A DNA stretch of 64,000 nucleotides from Deltaproteobacteria bacterium (GTDB lineage: Bacteria; Desulfobacterota; GWC2-55-46), in contig JACPGB010000017.1 in NCBI GenBank assembly GCA_016182655.1, positions 1,110 to 65,109 of the forward strand. The letters are read 5' to 3'. The position numbers and the translations under genes were made by a program. The notes below the pieces were generated by a model that saw only the letters and a program-made list of their open reading frames with translations, had not been told where the DNA came from and searched no databases. Shown piece by piece: positions 40,311 through 50,201 of this stretch (position 1 is the stretch's first letter; each line of letters begins with the position of its first letter).

Positions 40311-41174
40311 ATGGCAAACGAAGTGACATCGGCAACGGGTTCCGCTGGGGAGCTCATAGCCGCGGAAATAGTATCGAGGCTTGTAATAGACGCGGCGTAC
40401 GCAGAGGCCGTGATGCCGCCGCTCGTAAGGGTCGCGGACATAAGCGCGGACGGGACCCTCTCAGTCGAGTTCCCGAAGTGGCCGCTTCTGTCGGCCTCGG
40501 ACCTGACCGAGGCGACAGACATGTCGAACACGGCGGTCAACACGGCCTCAGCCGTGGTCGTAGCGGACGAGGCCGGGATAATGATCACGGTAACGGACAT
40601 GCTCCTGAACGGCGCGGGGCTCGGCGGCCTTGAGCCGTTCGCGATCGAGCTCGGAAAGGCGCTGGCGAACAAGATAGACGCGGACCTTTTGTCGAGCGCG
40701 TCAAGCTTTACGAGTTCCGTGGGGACTTCCGGCGCGGATATGACGGAGGCGAATTTCTTATCCGCCATATACTCGCTCGAATTGGGGAACTCCAAGGGGC
40801 CGTTCGTGGCGGTGCTCCATCCGTACCAGGTGAGCAACTTGAGGTCCTCGATAGCCTCGACTACCGGCGCGGTATGGGGCGGGCCCACTGCTCCGGCGAG
40901 AGACATAGGGTCCATGGGCGCACTTTACGGCGTGGACGTCGTCCAGTCGACGAACTGCGCGTCAGTGAACGCCAACGCTGACAGGCAGGGTGTCATGATG
41001 CCGCTCGGCAATCAGTCCGGACTCGCTTATGTGCTGAAGACCGGAGCGAAGACCGAGTTCCAGAGGGACGCATCGTTGAGGGCGACCGAGATAGTAGTGA
41101 CCGCCATATACGGCCACGGGTGCGTGAACAGCGCGGCCAACGGCGGAGTGAAGATAATCACCAAGCACGAGTAA
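40311..41174 (+). CDS. Major capsid protein (HK97 fold)
   Basis: Strong RBS; FPKW..LTE, ITVTD, LGKALANKIDADL, VLHPYQ, G.LYGV.V motifs; followed by a stem-loop. Confidence 0.88.
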   Translation: MANEVTSATGSAGELIAAEIVSRLVIDAAYAEAVMPPLVRVADISADGTLSVEFPKWPLLSASDLTEATDMSNTAVNTASAVVVADEAGIMITVTDMLLNGAGLGGLEPFAIELGKALANKIDADLLSSASSFTSSVGTSGADMTEANFLSAIYSLELGNSKGPFVAVLHPYQVSNLRSSIASTTGAVWGGPTAPARDIGSMGALYGVDVVQSTNCASVNANADRQGVMMPLGNQSGLAYVLKTGAKTEFQRDASLRATEIVVTAIYGHGCVNSAANGGVKIITKHE

Positions 41175-41231
41175 GGCGGCAGAGGAGGGGCTTAAACGCC
41201 CCTCCTGCCTTAAACCATAATTCATAAAAAG

Positions 41232-41618
41232 ATGGCCATAACCATAGGTTCGTATATCAAACGGGGGTACATCCCGCTTGCAGTCAACAGGTACGCGGGT
41301 ATCGCCTGGCAGGGTGAGCCGCTCCATGAATTTTGGATGTGGAACAGGCAGTTCGTGGAGGACTCGGCAGGTTTAAGGATGATTCAGACCGTCAGGGTCA
41401 ATGACGTCAAAGAGGCGGCCGTAAGGTATTTCCGCGACGGGTGGGTGCCGATCAAGAGAATTGACGATACGCTTCTGAGAAGGATGGAGGCGGCTCTAAG
41501 GAAGTGCGGGGCTGTCAAGGGGGAGATGTACTCAGGGGAGTTCCTTAAGATGCCCGAGCCCCTGCCTGAGGAGTTTTTGAGCCCAGCATTGAAAAAGATG
41601 GCGGGAGGCCAGCGGTGA
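41232..41618 (+). CDS. Hypothetical phage protein
   Basis: 128-aa ORF within the operon. Confidence 0.6.
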   Translation: MAITIGSYIKRGYIPLAVNRYAGIAWQGEPLHEFWMWNRQFVEDSAGLRMIQTVRVNDVKEAAVRYFRDGWVPIKRIDDTLLRRMEAALRKCGAVKGEMYSGEFLKMPEPLPEEFLSPALKKMAGGQR

Positions 41619-41773
41619 GGGAGAGAAGGGCCGTTGAAAGGCTTATAGAGAGGATATACAAGGACCGTCTCAAAAAGACCGGGAGGCTTCCTTCGGGCAA
41701 GGAAACGAAAGAGATAGAGGCAAAGGCGAAGAAGGCGGCGATCGATACGGATAATAGGGGTAGCCGTAAATAA
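41615..41773 (+). CDS. Small basic hypothetical protein (52 aa, not in the ORF track)
   Basis: GGAGG RBS, GTG overlapping the upstream TGA: MRERRAVERLIERIYKDRLKKTGRLPSGKE... Confidence 0.6.
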   Translation: MRERRAVERLIERIYKDRLKKTGRLPSGKETKEIEAKAKKAAIDTDNRGSRK

Positions 41774-41775
41774 GG

Positions 41776-42003
41776 GTGATCATAATGCTCTGCAAAACAA
41801 CAGGCGGCGGCTCCATAGCCGTGCAGGAGATAGACGGCTCGCCGTCCATAACGGGCGTCAAGACGCTCAAGTTCAACAACGGCTCGGTGACCGATTTGGG
41901 CGGCGGCGCGGTGCAGGTGAAGATAAACGACAACTTTGACGGTGGAAATTTCGCGGACACGTACATCGCGTCTGCCGCCGATTGGGACGGAGGTAGTTTC
42001 TAA
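41776..42003 (+). CDS. Small virion-associated protein
   Basis: EIDGSPSITGVKTLKFNNGSVTD, ends DGGNF..DGGSF; coupled to the fibre gene. Confidence 0.65.
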   Translation: MIIMLCKTTGGGSIAVQEIDGSPSITGVKTLKFNNGSVTDLGGGAVQVKINDNFDGGNFADTYIASAADWDGGSF

Positions 42004-44198
42004 TGGCTCTATGGCAGGCTAAGAGAGGGACGAAGGCGCAACTTCCGAACCCGCTTCAGCAGGGCGAGTTCGGCTGGTGTACCGACACGAAGGAGCTTTA
42101 CCTCGGGACAGGCACCGCAAACGACAACCAGAGGGTCTACGGCGCGGCCATTTCTACCCCGTTCACTATCTATGTATGCACGACGGCATTGGGCGGAAGG
42201 CTTAAATCCGCAGGCGCGAACGGCCTTGCCATGAGGTCATCGCAAGCGACCTCGACCATTGCCAATAAGCTCGTCGATTCGGGGGCGTCGTTTGACTCGA
42301 CCTATCTAAACAAGACCGTCTACAACAAGACCGACGACACCTGGGCGAAGGTGACGACTGTGGTCTCTACGACACAGCTCACCCTCGATGCCGATATCAT
42401 GGCTTCGGGTGAAAGCTACGACATAGCGAACGCCCTATCGACCGTGGCGGAAGGCTTTGCCGAAGTCCCGAACCCGTTCTACGCCAACATCACGGTGCGC
42501 GTCTCCCCAGGCACGTTTGCCGAGTCCGTCGCCTTTGTCGGCAAACTCGCGGCAGGGAGCTTTGACAATATCCTCCAGGGCTCGACGACCGGGACTACTA
42601 CCATATCGAACGGGACTGCGAATGTCTCGCAGAAACTCACCGTTAACAATATCACATTCTCGGGCGGGAAGATAAACCTCAACCCCGGCGCGATACTTAC
42701 ATGGTCGAACTGTCCCCTTACGAATGTCCGCGTGAACGCATACAACACGGCGGACGCGACCTGGGACAACTGCGACATGACGGGGACCTCCAAGCTCTAT
42801 ACCTACATCGGCTCGCGGTCCCTCATCAAGAACTCGACCGTGACCGTCGGCAACGACCCCACGAACATCACGGCCGTCTCCTCGACTATCACGAGAGGGT
42901 ACACGCTCTATGTGGCCTTGAACTCGGGTCCTTTTTATGGCGGTAATGACGCCATGGCAGATGGCCTCCAGATAGCGGCTGGGACCGCTACTTCGACGAC
43001 GGCGAACAAGCTCATTGATTCCGCCGCCTCCTTTACATCCGACATGGTCGGGAAGACCGTCTATAACTCGACTGACGACACATGGACTTATATAACCGCA
43101 GTGGACTCAACGACTCAGCTCTCGCTCTATCAAAACATCATGGCCTCCGGGGAGGCGTATGTAATAGCCAACGCCTTTGTCACGGTGAACGCGGCATTAG
43201 CCGCAGTGCCAGGCACATTCAACTGCAATACGACCTTGAAAATCTCGGACGGTACTTTCACCGAGAATGTGGTCGTGCAGGGCAAGGCACCGGGCGGGCC
43301 TTATACGCTCACACTCGAGGGGACGCTCACGCTCCTTGATTCTCTCACGGCATCTTCCGGCGCACAGGGCTCAAGCGCGACTCAGGGGACGGTCGTAAGG
43401 AACTCTGGCACGTGGACGGCGAACCAGAGGGCTAATAAGCTTGTGACTATAACCTTGGGCGATAACAACGGACTCTCCAGAATAATCGACTCGAACGATA
43501 CGACGACCTTGACGATTGCGGGATGCTGGATAGCAACTGTGGGGACGTCGACTTTCAAAGTATTCGATTGGGGGACGGTGATAGACGGCTCTTCGACCGG
43601 CACGGGGATAAAGCTTGCCTCCGGACAGAGGGCGGTTGCGCTCAAGAAGCTCAAAATGACGAACTCGGCCGGGGCGTACCCGGATTATGAGTCGGTCTAC
43701 ATGGATACGGGTTCGCAGGCGGAGTTTCATGACTGCTGGTTCTATGTAGGGTCCGGCCCGATTTACGGGATATATCAGGAGCCCTACAGCAAATCGTTCA
43801 TATACAGGTGCTTCTTCGGAGATTCCAACGCCAGGGGCATCTTCTGCGTGACTGCGGCTTCCGACATCTGGCAGTCGAAGTTCTACAACGCCACGGCGGG
43901 CAACACCCATGTCGGGATAAGGTCTACGCAGTTAGGCAAGGTAATCGTCTCCAGGGGTACCATCATCGACAACTTCGACAATACTGTAGGCGGGGGGTGC
44001 TACGCCGACCAGAACAGTATCCTTGTCTTCTATACGGCCGCGGCCGACGGGTTCAGCATCGTGCGGAATTGCGGCACCTACGGCATAGCGGCAACCGAGG
44101 GGTCGAGGATAAAGTTCAACCAGTCCGCGACCTATGTGACCTATTCCGGCAACGGCACGAACACCTACGCCGACGCCTCATCGACAAAGGATTACTAA
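42003..44198 (+). CDS. Fibre/adhesin protein with Mtd-like N-terminus, internal duplication and beta-helix C-terminus
   Basis: KRGT...L..GEFGWCTDTKELYLG; duplicated ATST.ANKL.DS.ASF..KTVYN.TDDTW module. Confidence 0.75.
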   Translation: MALWQAKRGTKAQLPNPLQQGEFGWCTDTKELYLGTGTANDNQRVYGAAISTPFTIYVCTTALGGRLKSAGANGLAMRSSQATSTIANKLVDSGASFDSTYLNKTVYNKTDDTWAKVTTVVSTTQLTLDADIMASGESYDIANALSTVAEGFAEVPNPFYANITVRVSPGTFAESVAFVGKLAAGSFDNILQGSTTGTTTISNGTANVSQKLTVNNITFSGGKINLNPGAILTWSNCPLTNVRVNAYNTADATWDNCDMTGTSKLYTYIGSRSLIKNSTVTVGNDPTNITAVSSTITRGYTLYVALNSGPFYGGNDAMADGLQIAAGTATSTTANKLIDSAASFTSDMVGKTVYNSTDDTWTYITAVDSTTQLSLYQNIMASGEAYVIANAFVTVNAALAAVPGTFNCNTTLKISDGTFTENVVVQGKAPGGPYTLTLEGTLTLLDSLTASSGAQGSSATQGTVVRNSGTWTANQRANKLVTITLGDNNGLSRIIDSNDTTTLTIAGCWIATVGTSTFKVFDWGTVIDGSSTGTGIKLASGQRAVALKKLKMTNSAGAYPDYESVYMDTGSQAEFHDCWFYVGSGPIYGIYQEPYSKSFIYRCFFGDSNARGIFCVTAASDIWQSKFYNATAGNTHVGIRSTQLGKVIVSRGTIIDNFDNTVGGGCYADQNSILVFYTAAADGFSIVRNCGTYGIAATEGSRIKFNQSATYVTYSGNGTNTYADASSTKDY

Positions 44199-45434
44199 AT
44201 GGTAAAGATACTCGCAATAGGTCACTCGATAGTGATGGGGGACGAGGACAACATCGATTCCCCGTACAGGGCGGACTCGTCAACGGCCCCGCACATCCCC
44301 GAGGGCGGCTGGAGGTATCAGAACTTTCAGGTCGCGCCGAGATGGGGGCAGAGGAACCAGAACCCGGCCGAGGGCGTGGGCTGGGCCGTGCGCGCCCTCG
44401 ACTATCTGCCTGCGGGCTCGATACAGGTATGGAACGAGGGTGTCTCCGGGGTCGTCTCGTATGACTGGGCCACGACCGGCAATGATTTCATAGGCCAGAT
44501 ATTTACGAGGGGGTTTGAACAGCTCCCGGCAGACCTCGCCTACGCGGTCTACGCCATCTACGCGAACGACGCCCCGGCATCGGTGACAAAGGCCAACTGG
44601 AAGGCGCGGGTCGAGACGGTAATCCAGTACCTTGATGCAAGGAACATAAAGACCATTCTTGTTAAGGACTGGCACAGGGGCGACGGAGATTATTCGTCAT
44701 ATTACGCAAATTACAACGCGGCGGTCGACGAGCTTATCGCGGCCTATGGTCTCCCCCCGGCATTTGACATGTACACGGCCTCGCTTGATAACTTCAACGG
44801 GGCAAAGGATTGGTACAGTGTAGATAACGTCCACCCGGTCGTGGCAGGCCACCAAGGGGTTGCTAAGCTCTTTGCGAATTACCTCGTCACGAACCACATC
44901 GTCGCGGACTCGACGGCAAAGAGGATAATAGCGCATGGGGAGACGGGAGCCGTCGTCTACTGCACGGTGACGAGGGAGGCGGACGGCTATATCCTCGACG
45001 GATATTCCGGGGAGTTTGCGGCCTCAAGCGACTACCCTTATACCTTCCTTCAGGAGCATCCGACGATAAAGGGCCGCTACGAGATAGCCGAGACAAGGAC
45101 CGCGTGGAACGACGGGAAGTATGTCGTGACGGTCTATAAGCAAGCGGGAGCGGACCCGGCTCCGGTGAGCGATGCCGTCATTGCGAGTGGGGAGATGAAG
45201 GTCGAGAACGATATCGAGGTCGAGGAGATAACCCTCTCCGAGATCGAGGGGTCGGCGGTGCTGGCGAAGGAGGGGACGATAGCGTTCATAGAGAAGTGGG
45301 TCTTGAACAGGCTCTCCATAACCGTGAACGGCGACGGCACAGAGACCGTCAGACTCTATGACAACGACGGCTCGACCGTATTGAAGACATGGACATGGGA
45401 CCCGGCGACGAAGACGAGGGCGATGGCAGTATGA
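44199..45434 (+). CDS. SGNH/GDSL-like esterase fused to a virion-type C-terminal domain
   Basis: AIGHSI, NEGVSG, AND and DNVHP blocks. Confidence 0.75.
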   Translation: MVKILAIGHSIVMGDEDNIDSPYRADSSTAPHIPEGGWRYQNFQVAPRWGQRNQNPAEGVGWAVRALDYLPAGSIQVWNEGVSGVVSYDWATTGNDFIGQIFTRGFEQLPADLAYAVYAIYANDAPASVTKANWKARVETVIQYLDARNIKTILVKDWHRGDGDYSSYYANYNAAVDELIAAYGLPPAFDMYTASLDNFNGAKDWYSVDNVHPVVAGHQGVAKLFANYLVTNHIVADSTAKRIIAHGETGAVVYCTVTREADGYILDGYSGEFAASSDYPYTFLQEHPTIKGRYEIAETRTAWNDGKYVVTVYKQAGADPAPVSDAVIASGEMKVENDIEVEEITLSEIEGSAVLAKEGTIAFIEKWVLNRLSITVNGDGTETVRLYDNDGSTVLKTWTWDPATKTRAMAV

Positions 45435-45841
45435 CGGGTGTCTGGGCATGGGGGTACGGCGAAGGGGTTGAAGGCACGGCGTTCTGGGGCTGGATCGAGA
45501 TGCTTGAAAAGCCCATACATGCCTGGGCAAAGGCCGTAAGGGTATGCAGTCCGTCGAGGGTCACTGATAACAGGGTCGTATACAGGTCGGTTGAAGGCAG
45601 AGGCGCTTACCACTTAAACGCAGTCCATGAGAGACGGGGCGGGTTTTCGGAGCCAAAGCGCTCCTCGAAATGGCTTGGGCGAGTTGAGAGTGCAAAGTCC
45701 GCGGACAGGGCCTGGACGGCACGGAGCGTCCGTGACAAGGCAAGTAAGAGCGCATTTGACGGGGCCAGGCAGAAGGTTCAAGGGGTAGAGACCGGCACGG
45801 ATACGGCAAAGGCACTGGCGCGGAAAAACGGAGGCATATGA
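45431..45841 (+). CDS. Hypothetical phage protein
   Basis: ATGA overlaps on both sides. Confidence 0.55.
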   Translation: MTGVWAWGYGEGVEGTAFWGWIEMLEKPIHAWAKAVRVCSPSRVTDNRVVYRSVEGRGAYHLNAVHERRGGFSEPKRSSKWLGRVESAKSADRAWTARSVRDKASKSAFDGARQKVQGVETGTDTAKALARKNGGI

Positions 45842-46725
45842 AGCAACAGTTCATCGTCAATACATCGGATACATTCAAGACCTGGATCTACGAGAACAAC
45901 AGGAGGCTCGCGCCTTCATCGGCGCGTATCACCGTATTCCGGCCGGGCGGGGACTCAAAGCTCGTAGACGACGGGGCGATGGCTATCGCCTCGGACGGGC
46001 TACTTTCGTATGACTTGACAGCCTCCCAAAACTCGGAGCCTGCCGAGAACTACAGGGCCGCGATAACATATGTGCATAACGGCGCGACCTCCTACGCGAC
46101 TCTCTTCTACGACGTCGTGAAGACGAGGCTCGTGAAGGTCATAACCGACGACGACCTCGCGTCCGAACTGCCTCAGTTGAAAGACAGGGGGTGGAGGGTG
46201 AGGGGGACGGCGGACTCGGGGACCGCATCATCTATAGTGGACGCCGAGTTAAAGAGGTACGAGGACGACTACTTCACGGGCGGGACGGCGTACTCCTTCG
46301 ACAAGGACGAGACGAGGGAGGTAACGGCCTTCACACGCTCGACCGGCACGGTTACTGTCGAGGCGTTCTCATCGGCCATAGCAACCGGGGAGAAGTACCT
46401 GCTTACGCGGTCGTTCTCAAGGGAGATACAGCGGGCGTTCGAGAAGGCGGAGGAGCGGATAACGAGGCTCGGCAGGAGGCCGCACCTGATACTCGACCCT
46501 TACGACCTAAGGGAGGTCCACATATACCAGTCGGTCGCGGAGGCGTGCAAGGGGCTCATAAACGATAACGAGTCCCTCTGGCGCGAGATGTGGAAGGAGT
46601 ACGAAAAGAAGGCCGAGGACTCTTTCAGGAACATCAATTTCAAATACGATTCATCGGGCGACGGCCATATAGGCGCCGGAGAGGCCGATTCCGCGATGAG
46701 CGTCATAAGGACGGCGCGGGTATGA
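45838..46725 (+). CDS. Putative head-tail adaptor/connector with Ig-like N-terminus
   Basis: Position and translational coupling; helical C-terminus. Confidence 0.55.
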   Translation: MKQQFIVNTSDTFKTWIYENNRRLAPSSARITVFRPGGDSKLVDDGAMAIASDGLLSYDLTASQNSEPAENYRAAITYVHNGATSYATLFYDVVKTRLVKVITDDDLASELPQLKDRGWRVRGTADSGTASSIVDAELKRYEDDYFTGGTAYSFDKDETREVTAFTRSTGTVTVEAFSSAIATGEKYLLTRSFSREIQRAFEKAEERITRLGRRPHLILDPYDLREVHIYQSVAEACKGLINDNESLWREMWKEYEKKAEDSFRNINFKYDSSGDGHIGAGEADSAMSVIRTARV

Positions 46726-47150
46726 GCTTCGAAACCGTAAGGGCGATAACCGATAACATGAGGGCGGCTCTCGAATCTTTGGGGCTCAGGTTCGCCGTGG
46801 GCGCGGTTGAGAAGGACAATGCGACGGCGGCGTCAATGCTCCCTGCGGGGAGGATTTCCTACGAGGGCGAGTCATTCGAGCCGACTCATGGGGAGAGGCC
46901 GGGTTATTCGGAGGCCGAGTTCGGGATAACGGTGGAGATACGGGCCGGAGACCCGGCAGAGGCTGTAACCGAGGAGCAGAGGTGGGCGCATGCCGTAAGA
47001 GGGTCCATCACAGTCGACGCATTGAACGCCGGAGGGCTTGCGGCTACAAAGCGCGTCAGCAGGGTAAGGGTGCCGAAGGCGAGTGTCGCTAACAACAAGG
47101 AGAGCGTCTCACTTTCCGTCAGGGCGCTTGTGAGATACAGGGTGGATTAG
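46722..47150 (+). CDS. Putative tail completion/terminator protein
   Basis: 142 aa directly upstream of the tail tube gene. Confidence 0.55.
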   Translation: MSFETVRAITDNMRAALESLGLRFAVGAVEKDNATAASMLPAGRISYEGESFEPTHGERPGYSEAEFGITVEIRAGDPAEAVTEEQRWAHAVRGSITVDALNAGGLAATKRVSRVRVPKASVANNKESVSLSVRALVRYRVD

Positions 47151-47168
47151 AGGATAGCAGGAGGGGAG

Positions 47169-48257
47169 ATGGCCAATAACAAGATATACATCGCTATAGG
47201 GGAAGAGGCGGCGAGGGGGACGAAGGAGTCGACGACCGTCGGGTTCGTGCCTGTTTTAAGCCCGTCTATCCCGAAGTTCGAGTTCGACGAGAAGAAGCGG
47301 AGCGAGTTCAGGGGAGAGGAATCGGTAAAGGGCGCGTCGTCGTACGAGCGCATGGGGCAGAGGTGGAGCTCCTCTCTCGATATGCCCTTCTATACCGAGT
47401 CCGGCTCCACAAAGGGGATGGTGGGGAAGATATTGAGGCACTTCTTCGGCAAGGTGACATCCGGGCAGAACGGGGCGACGGGCCAGTACTATCATATGGC
47501 TTACCCGGAGGCAGACCCGTTTTCGGACGCGAACCTCGGGACAAAGGCCCTGACGCTGAACTTCAACATAAACGAGGGCGCGGCGATGAAGAACTGGCCG
47601 TTTGTCGGCGGCAGGGTCAAGGCCCTCTCGTTTGTCCAGGAGGCCGGAAGCCCCCTTAAGCTTACGGCAGAGCTCTTCGGGCAGAAGAGGGATACGCCTT
47701 CCGCTGAAGTCGGAACCCCCGTATTCGCTGACGAGGCTTTAAGGTGCGACTACAATAACCTTACGGTCTATACCGGGGCGATCACCCGGACAGGCGCGGC
47801 CCCTGACTTTACAGGGTTCTCGTTCGGCTCGGCGACTATCATAAAGCCTGACAAGATAACGGTCAAGATAGAGAACGGGATGAAGGACGTCTTGAGGATC
47901 GCGGGCGTCGATTATCCGGACAAGACCCGGATGGGGCAGTTCAAGGTGACGGCGGAGCTCACGATAGATTGGGAGGACCCGGCATCGGGGTTTTCGTCGA
48001 TATCCGAGTTCAACGACTGGGCGGCGGGGGGGAGCTCGACGAACCTCTTTCTCAAGTGGGACACCGGCACGCAGGCCGGGGCCGGGGATAGCCACGGGCT
48101 CTTTATCGACCTCCCGGCTTTAAGGAGGCTCGGCGGCTCGCCCGATTACGGGACGGACAAGGACCCGATGATAACGCTCAAGTACGAGGGATTGTTGAGC
48201 ATTGACACCGGGTACATAGCCGGGGTCATGCTCAAAAATACCGTGGCGGTTATATAG
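47169..48257 (+). CDS. Major tail tube protein
   Basis: N-terminal YIAIGEE..RGT, beta-rich; upstream of chaperone and tape measure. Confidence 0.75.
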   Translation: MANNKIYIAIGEEAARGTKESTTVGFVPVLSPSIPKFEFDEKKRSEFRGEESVKGASSYERMGQRWSSSLDMPFYTESGSTKGMVGKILRHFFGKVTSGQNGATGQYYHMAYPEADPFSDANLGTKALTLNFNINEGAAMKNWPFVGGRVKALSFVQEAGSPLKLTAELFGQKRDTPSAEVGTPVFADEALRCDYNNLTVYTGAITRTGAAPDFTGFSFGSATIIKPDKITVKIENGMKDVLRIAGVDYPDKTRMGQFKVTAELTIDWEDPASGFSSISEFNDWAAGGSSTNLFLKWDTGTQAGAGDSHGLFIDLPALRRLGGSPDYGTDKDPMITLKYEGLLSIDTGYIAGVMLKNTVAVI

Positions 48258-48439
48258 AGAGTAAAAACTTTTTAACCCCCACCCTCGCCCTCCCCAAGGG
48301 GGAGGGGAAAAACAGTTCATAATCCCCCTCAGTCCCCCTTTAGAAAAGGGGGAAGAGAGAAGTCCAGTCCCCTTTCCATCGAGGGAGGGGAGGTAAAGTG
48401 AAGAGGGAGGGGAAGTGAAAAGCAAAAAGGAGATAACCG

Positions 48440-48814
48440 ATGGCGATAATATCGTTCGACAAAGAGGCCCTTATAGATTATGTACCCGCGTACGCGGGGA
48501 ACAGGGAGAGCGCGGACCCGTGTGTCGTGAAGCTTAAGTTCTGCCCGTACTCGCGGGTGCAGCATTACTCGCGCCTGATAGCAACGAGGGCCAAGGGCGG
48601 GGGCGACAACCTCAAGCTCGCCGAGGTCGGGCAGGAGATCCAGAAGAGGCAGTTCGTCGAGAACGTGGAGGGGGTCTCCAACTACTTCGTCGAAGGTGTC
48701 GAGGTGCGCGACCCCGAGAGATTCTATGATACGGCGGACACCGACCTCATACTCGAGGTGATAAAGGCGATGGAGTCTGGCGCGAAGCTCTCAGAAGGTC
48801 AAATAAAAAACTGA
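48440..48814 (+). CDS. Tail assembly chaperone (gpG-like)
   Basis: Ends ...LSEGQIKN on slippery A AAA AAC. Confidence 0.8.
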   Translation: MAIISFDKEALIDYVPAYAGNRESADPCVVKLKFCPYSRVQHYSRLIATRAKGGGDNLKLAEVGQEIQKRQFVENVEGVSNYFVEGVEVRDPERFYDTADTDLILEVIKAMESGAKLSEGQIKN

Positions 48815-49230
48815 CAGCGGGCTTCCGCCTGAGCCTGCTGGCGGCAAGGGACGGAAGCCCATTCGATTGCGGGAGATGCGGCCCCAGGGACCGGACGCAG
48901 AGAAATTGCGGAAACTCGCTGGGTTTGTCGGAGGCGGCAAAGGCGGTCTTCAATTACACGGAAGATGTCGCCGGGGAGCTCAAGGCAAAGGGGGCCGAGA
49001 AGGTCTTCAGCCTCCGGGGCTTGAGGCTATACGAGTGCCCCTTGAGCTTTATTACCTGGGAGACTCGGGAGATGATAAGGGCGGTCTACCTGATGGAAAG
49101 CGGGGGAAGGCTCTTTTTCAGCGGCGGGTGGGGCGACCAGAGCGCGTGGCTTGTCGAGGCGTTCGAGATATTCAGGGCAGAAAATGCGGCGTTCAGGAAG
49201 GATGTGGCGGATGGCGAAAGGGCAGGATAG
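48811..49230 (+). CDS. Tail assembly chaperone -1 frameshift extension (gpT-like)
   Basis: -1 frame open from the slippery site to 49230: LTAGFRLSLL..DCGRC..NCGNSLGLSEAAKAVF...ECP. Confidence 0.78.
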   Translation: MTAGFRLSLLAARDGSPFDCGRCGPRDRTQRNCGNSLGLSEAAKAVFNYTEDVAGELKAKGAEKVFSLRGLRLYECPLSFITWETREMIRAVYLMESGGRLFFSGGWGDQSAWLVEAFEIFRAENAAFRKDVADGERAG

Positions 49231-50131
49231 TCTCAGTAAGGACAGCGGTTACGAGGAGGCGACCGGGGTCGTGCTCGGGTACGAGGCCGCGCTTGCATTG
49301 GTTGAGGAGAGGTATTACATGGCGAGCGCCGCAGTTGAACAATTCAACACTGCAACCGAGAAGACCAAGTCCTCGCTTGACGGTGAATTGTCGGGATTCG
49401 GCTTTGATTCACTTGGAAGAGGCGAATCGATATACGAAATATTGGAGGATTTAAAAAAAAGAAAAGCGGAGATCGCAAATCAAAATGATGAGATTGAGAA
49501 ACAAAATGAGCTCAAGAAGTATGGAATAGATTTAGATACCAAGGCGGCTCATGAGTTAGCGAGCTACACTAAGCTCCGCGAAGAGGCATCCAAATCCTTA
49601 CAGTCTATAGAGACAAAGGCGTACCAGGCCCTCGGGAATGAGCTTTTGAAGCTCGTCGAGATACACAAGTTCTCGATAGGCGAGTTTGCCAAGGCAATGG
49701 CCGAGCAGGTAAAGATAGAGCTTACCGGTCTTGCCGCGAAGGCCGCGATATGGGCGATATATGAGACCGCCATGGGGCTTAAGGATTTGGCCATGGGTTC
49801 ACCGGGGACGGCGGGGATGCATTTTGCGGCGGCTGAGGAGTTTGGAGTGATAGCCGGGGCCTCGCTTGCGGCGGCGGCCGGGGTGCAGGCGCTTGTGCCG
49901 GGGGATAGCGAGGAGCCGTCGTCTTCTTCGTCTTCGTCGTCGGGGAGTTCTTCGTCCTCGTCTTCGGTGCAGGCGTATGATTCGAGCTCGACTGGCGCGA
50001 CCCAGCAGGTAACCGTCAATATCTACAACCCGCTTTCCGAGCAGAACTGGCAGAAGATAGTGGAGGAGAGCATAGTGCCTGCACTTAACAACGCGGCTGA
50101 GAAGAATATAACGATTTCAGTCAATAAATAA
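49211..50131 (+). CDS. Short tape measure protein (306 aa)
   Basis: Follows G/GT; helical Ala-rich, poly-Ser linker, C-terminal QVTVNIYNP. Confidence 0.75.
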   Translation: MAKGQDSLSKDSGYEEATGVVLGYEAALALVEERYYMASAAVEQFNTATEKTKSSLDGELSGFGFDSLGRGESIYEILEDLKKRKAEIANQNDEIEKQNELKKYGIDLDTKAAHELASYTKLREEASKSLQSIETKAYQALGNELLKLVEIHKFSIGEFAKAMAEQVKIELTGLAAKAAIWAIYETAMGLKDLAMGSPGTAGMHFAAAEEFGVIAGASLAAAAGVQALVPGDSEEPSSSSSSSSGSSSSSSSVQAYDSSSTGATQQVTVNIYNPLSEQNWQKIVEESIVPALNNAAEKNITISVNK

Positions 50132-50201
50132 ACAATTTGTTGAATATATGTTTTTTATGGTATATTATGGGTGTCTACATTAAATGATTTTGGAGGGTAA
50201 G

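Noticed and set aside
42003-44198. Diversity-generating retroelement target (Mtd-like N-terminus)
   Set aside because: No reverse transcriptase and no adenine-specific TR/VR pair seen in the window; the internal repeat is an old protein-level duplication.
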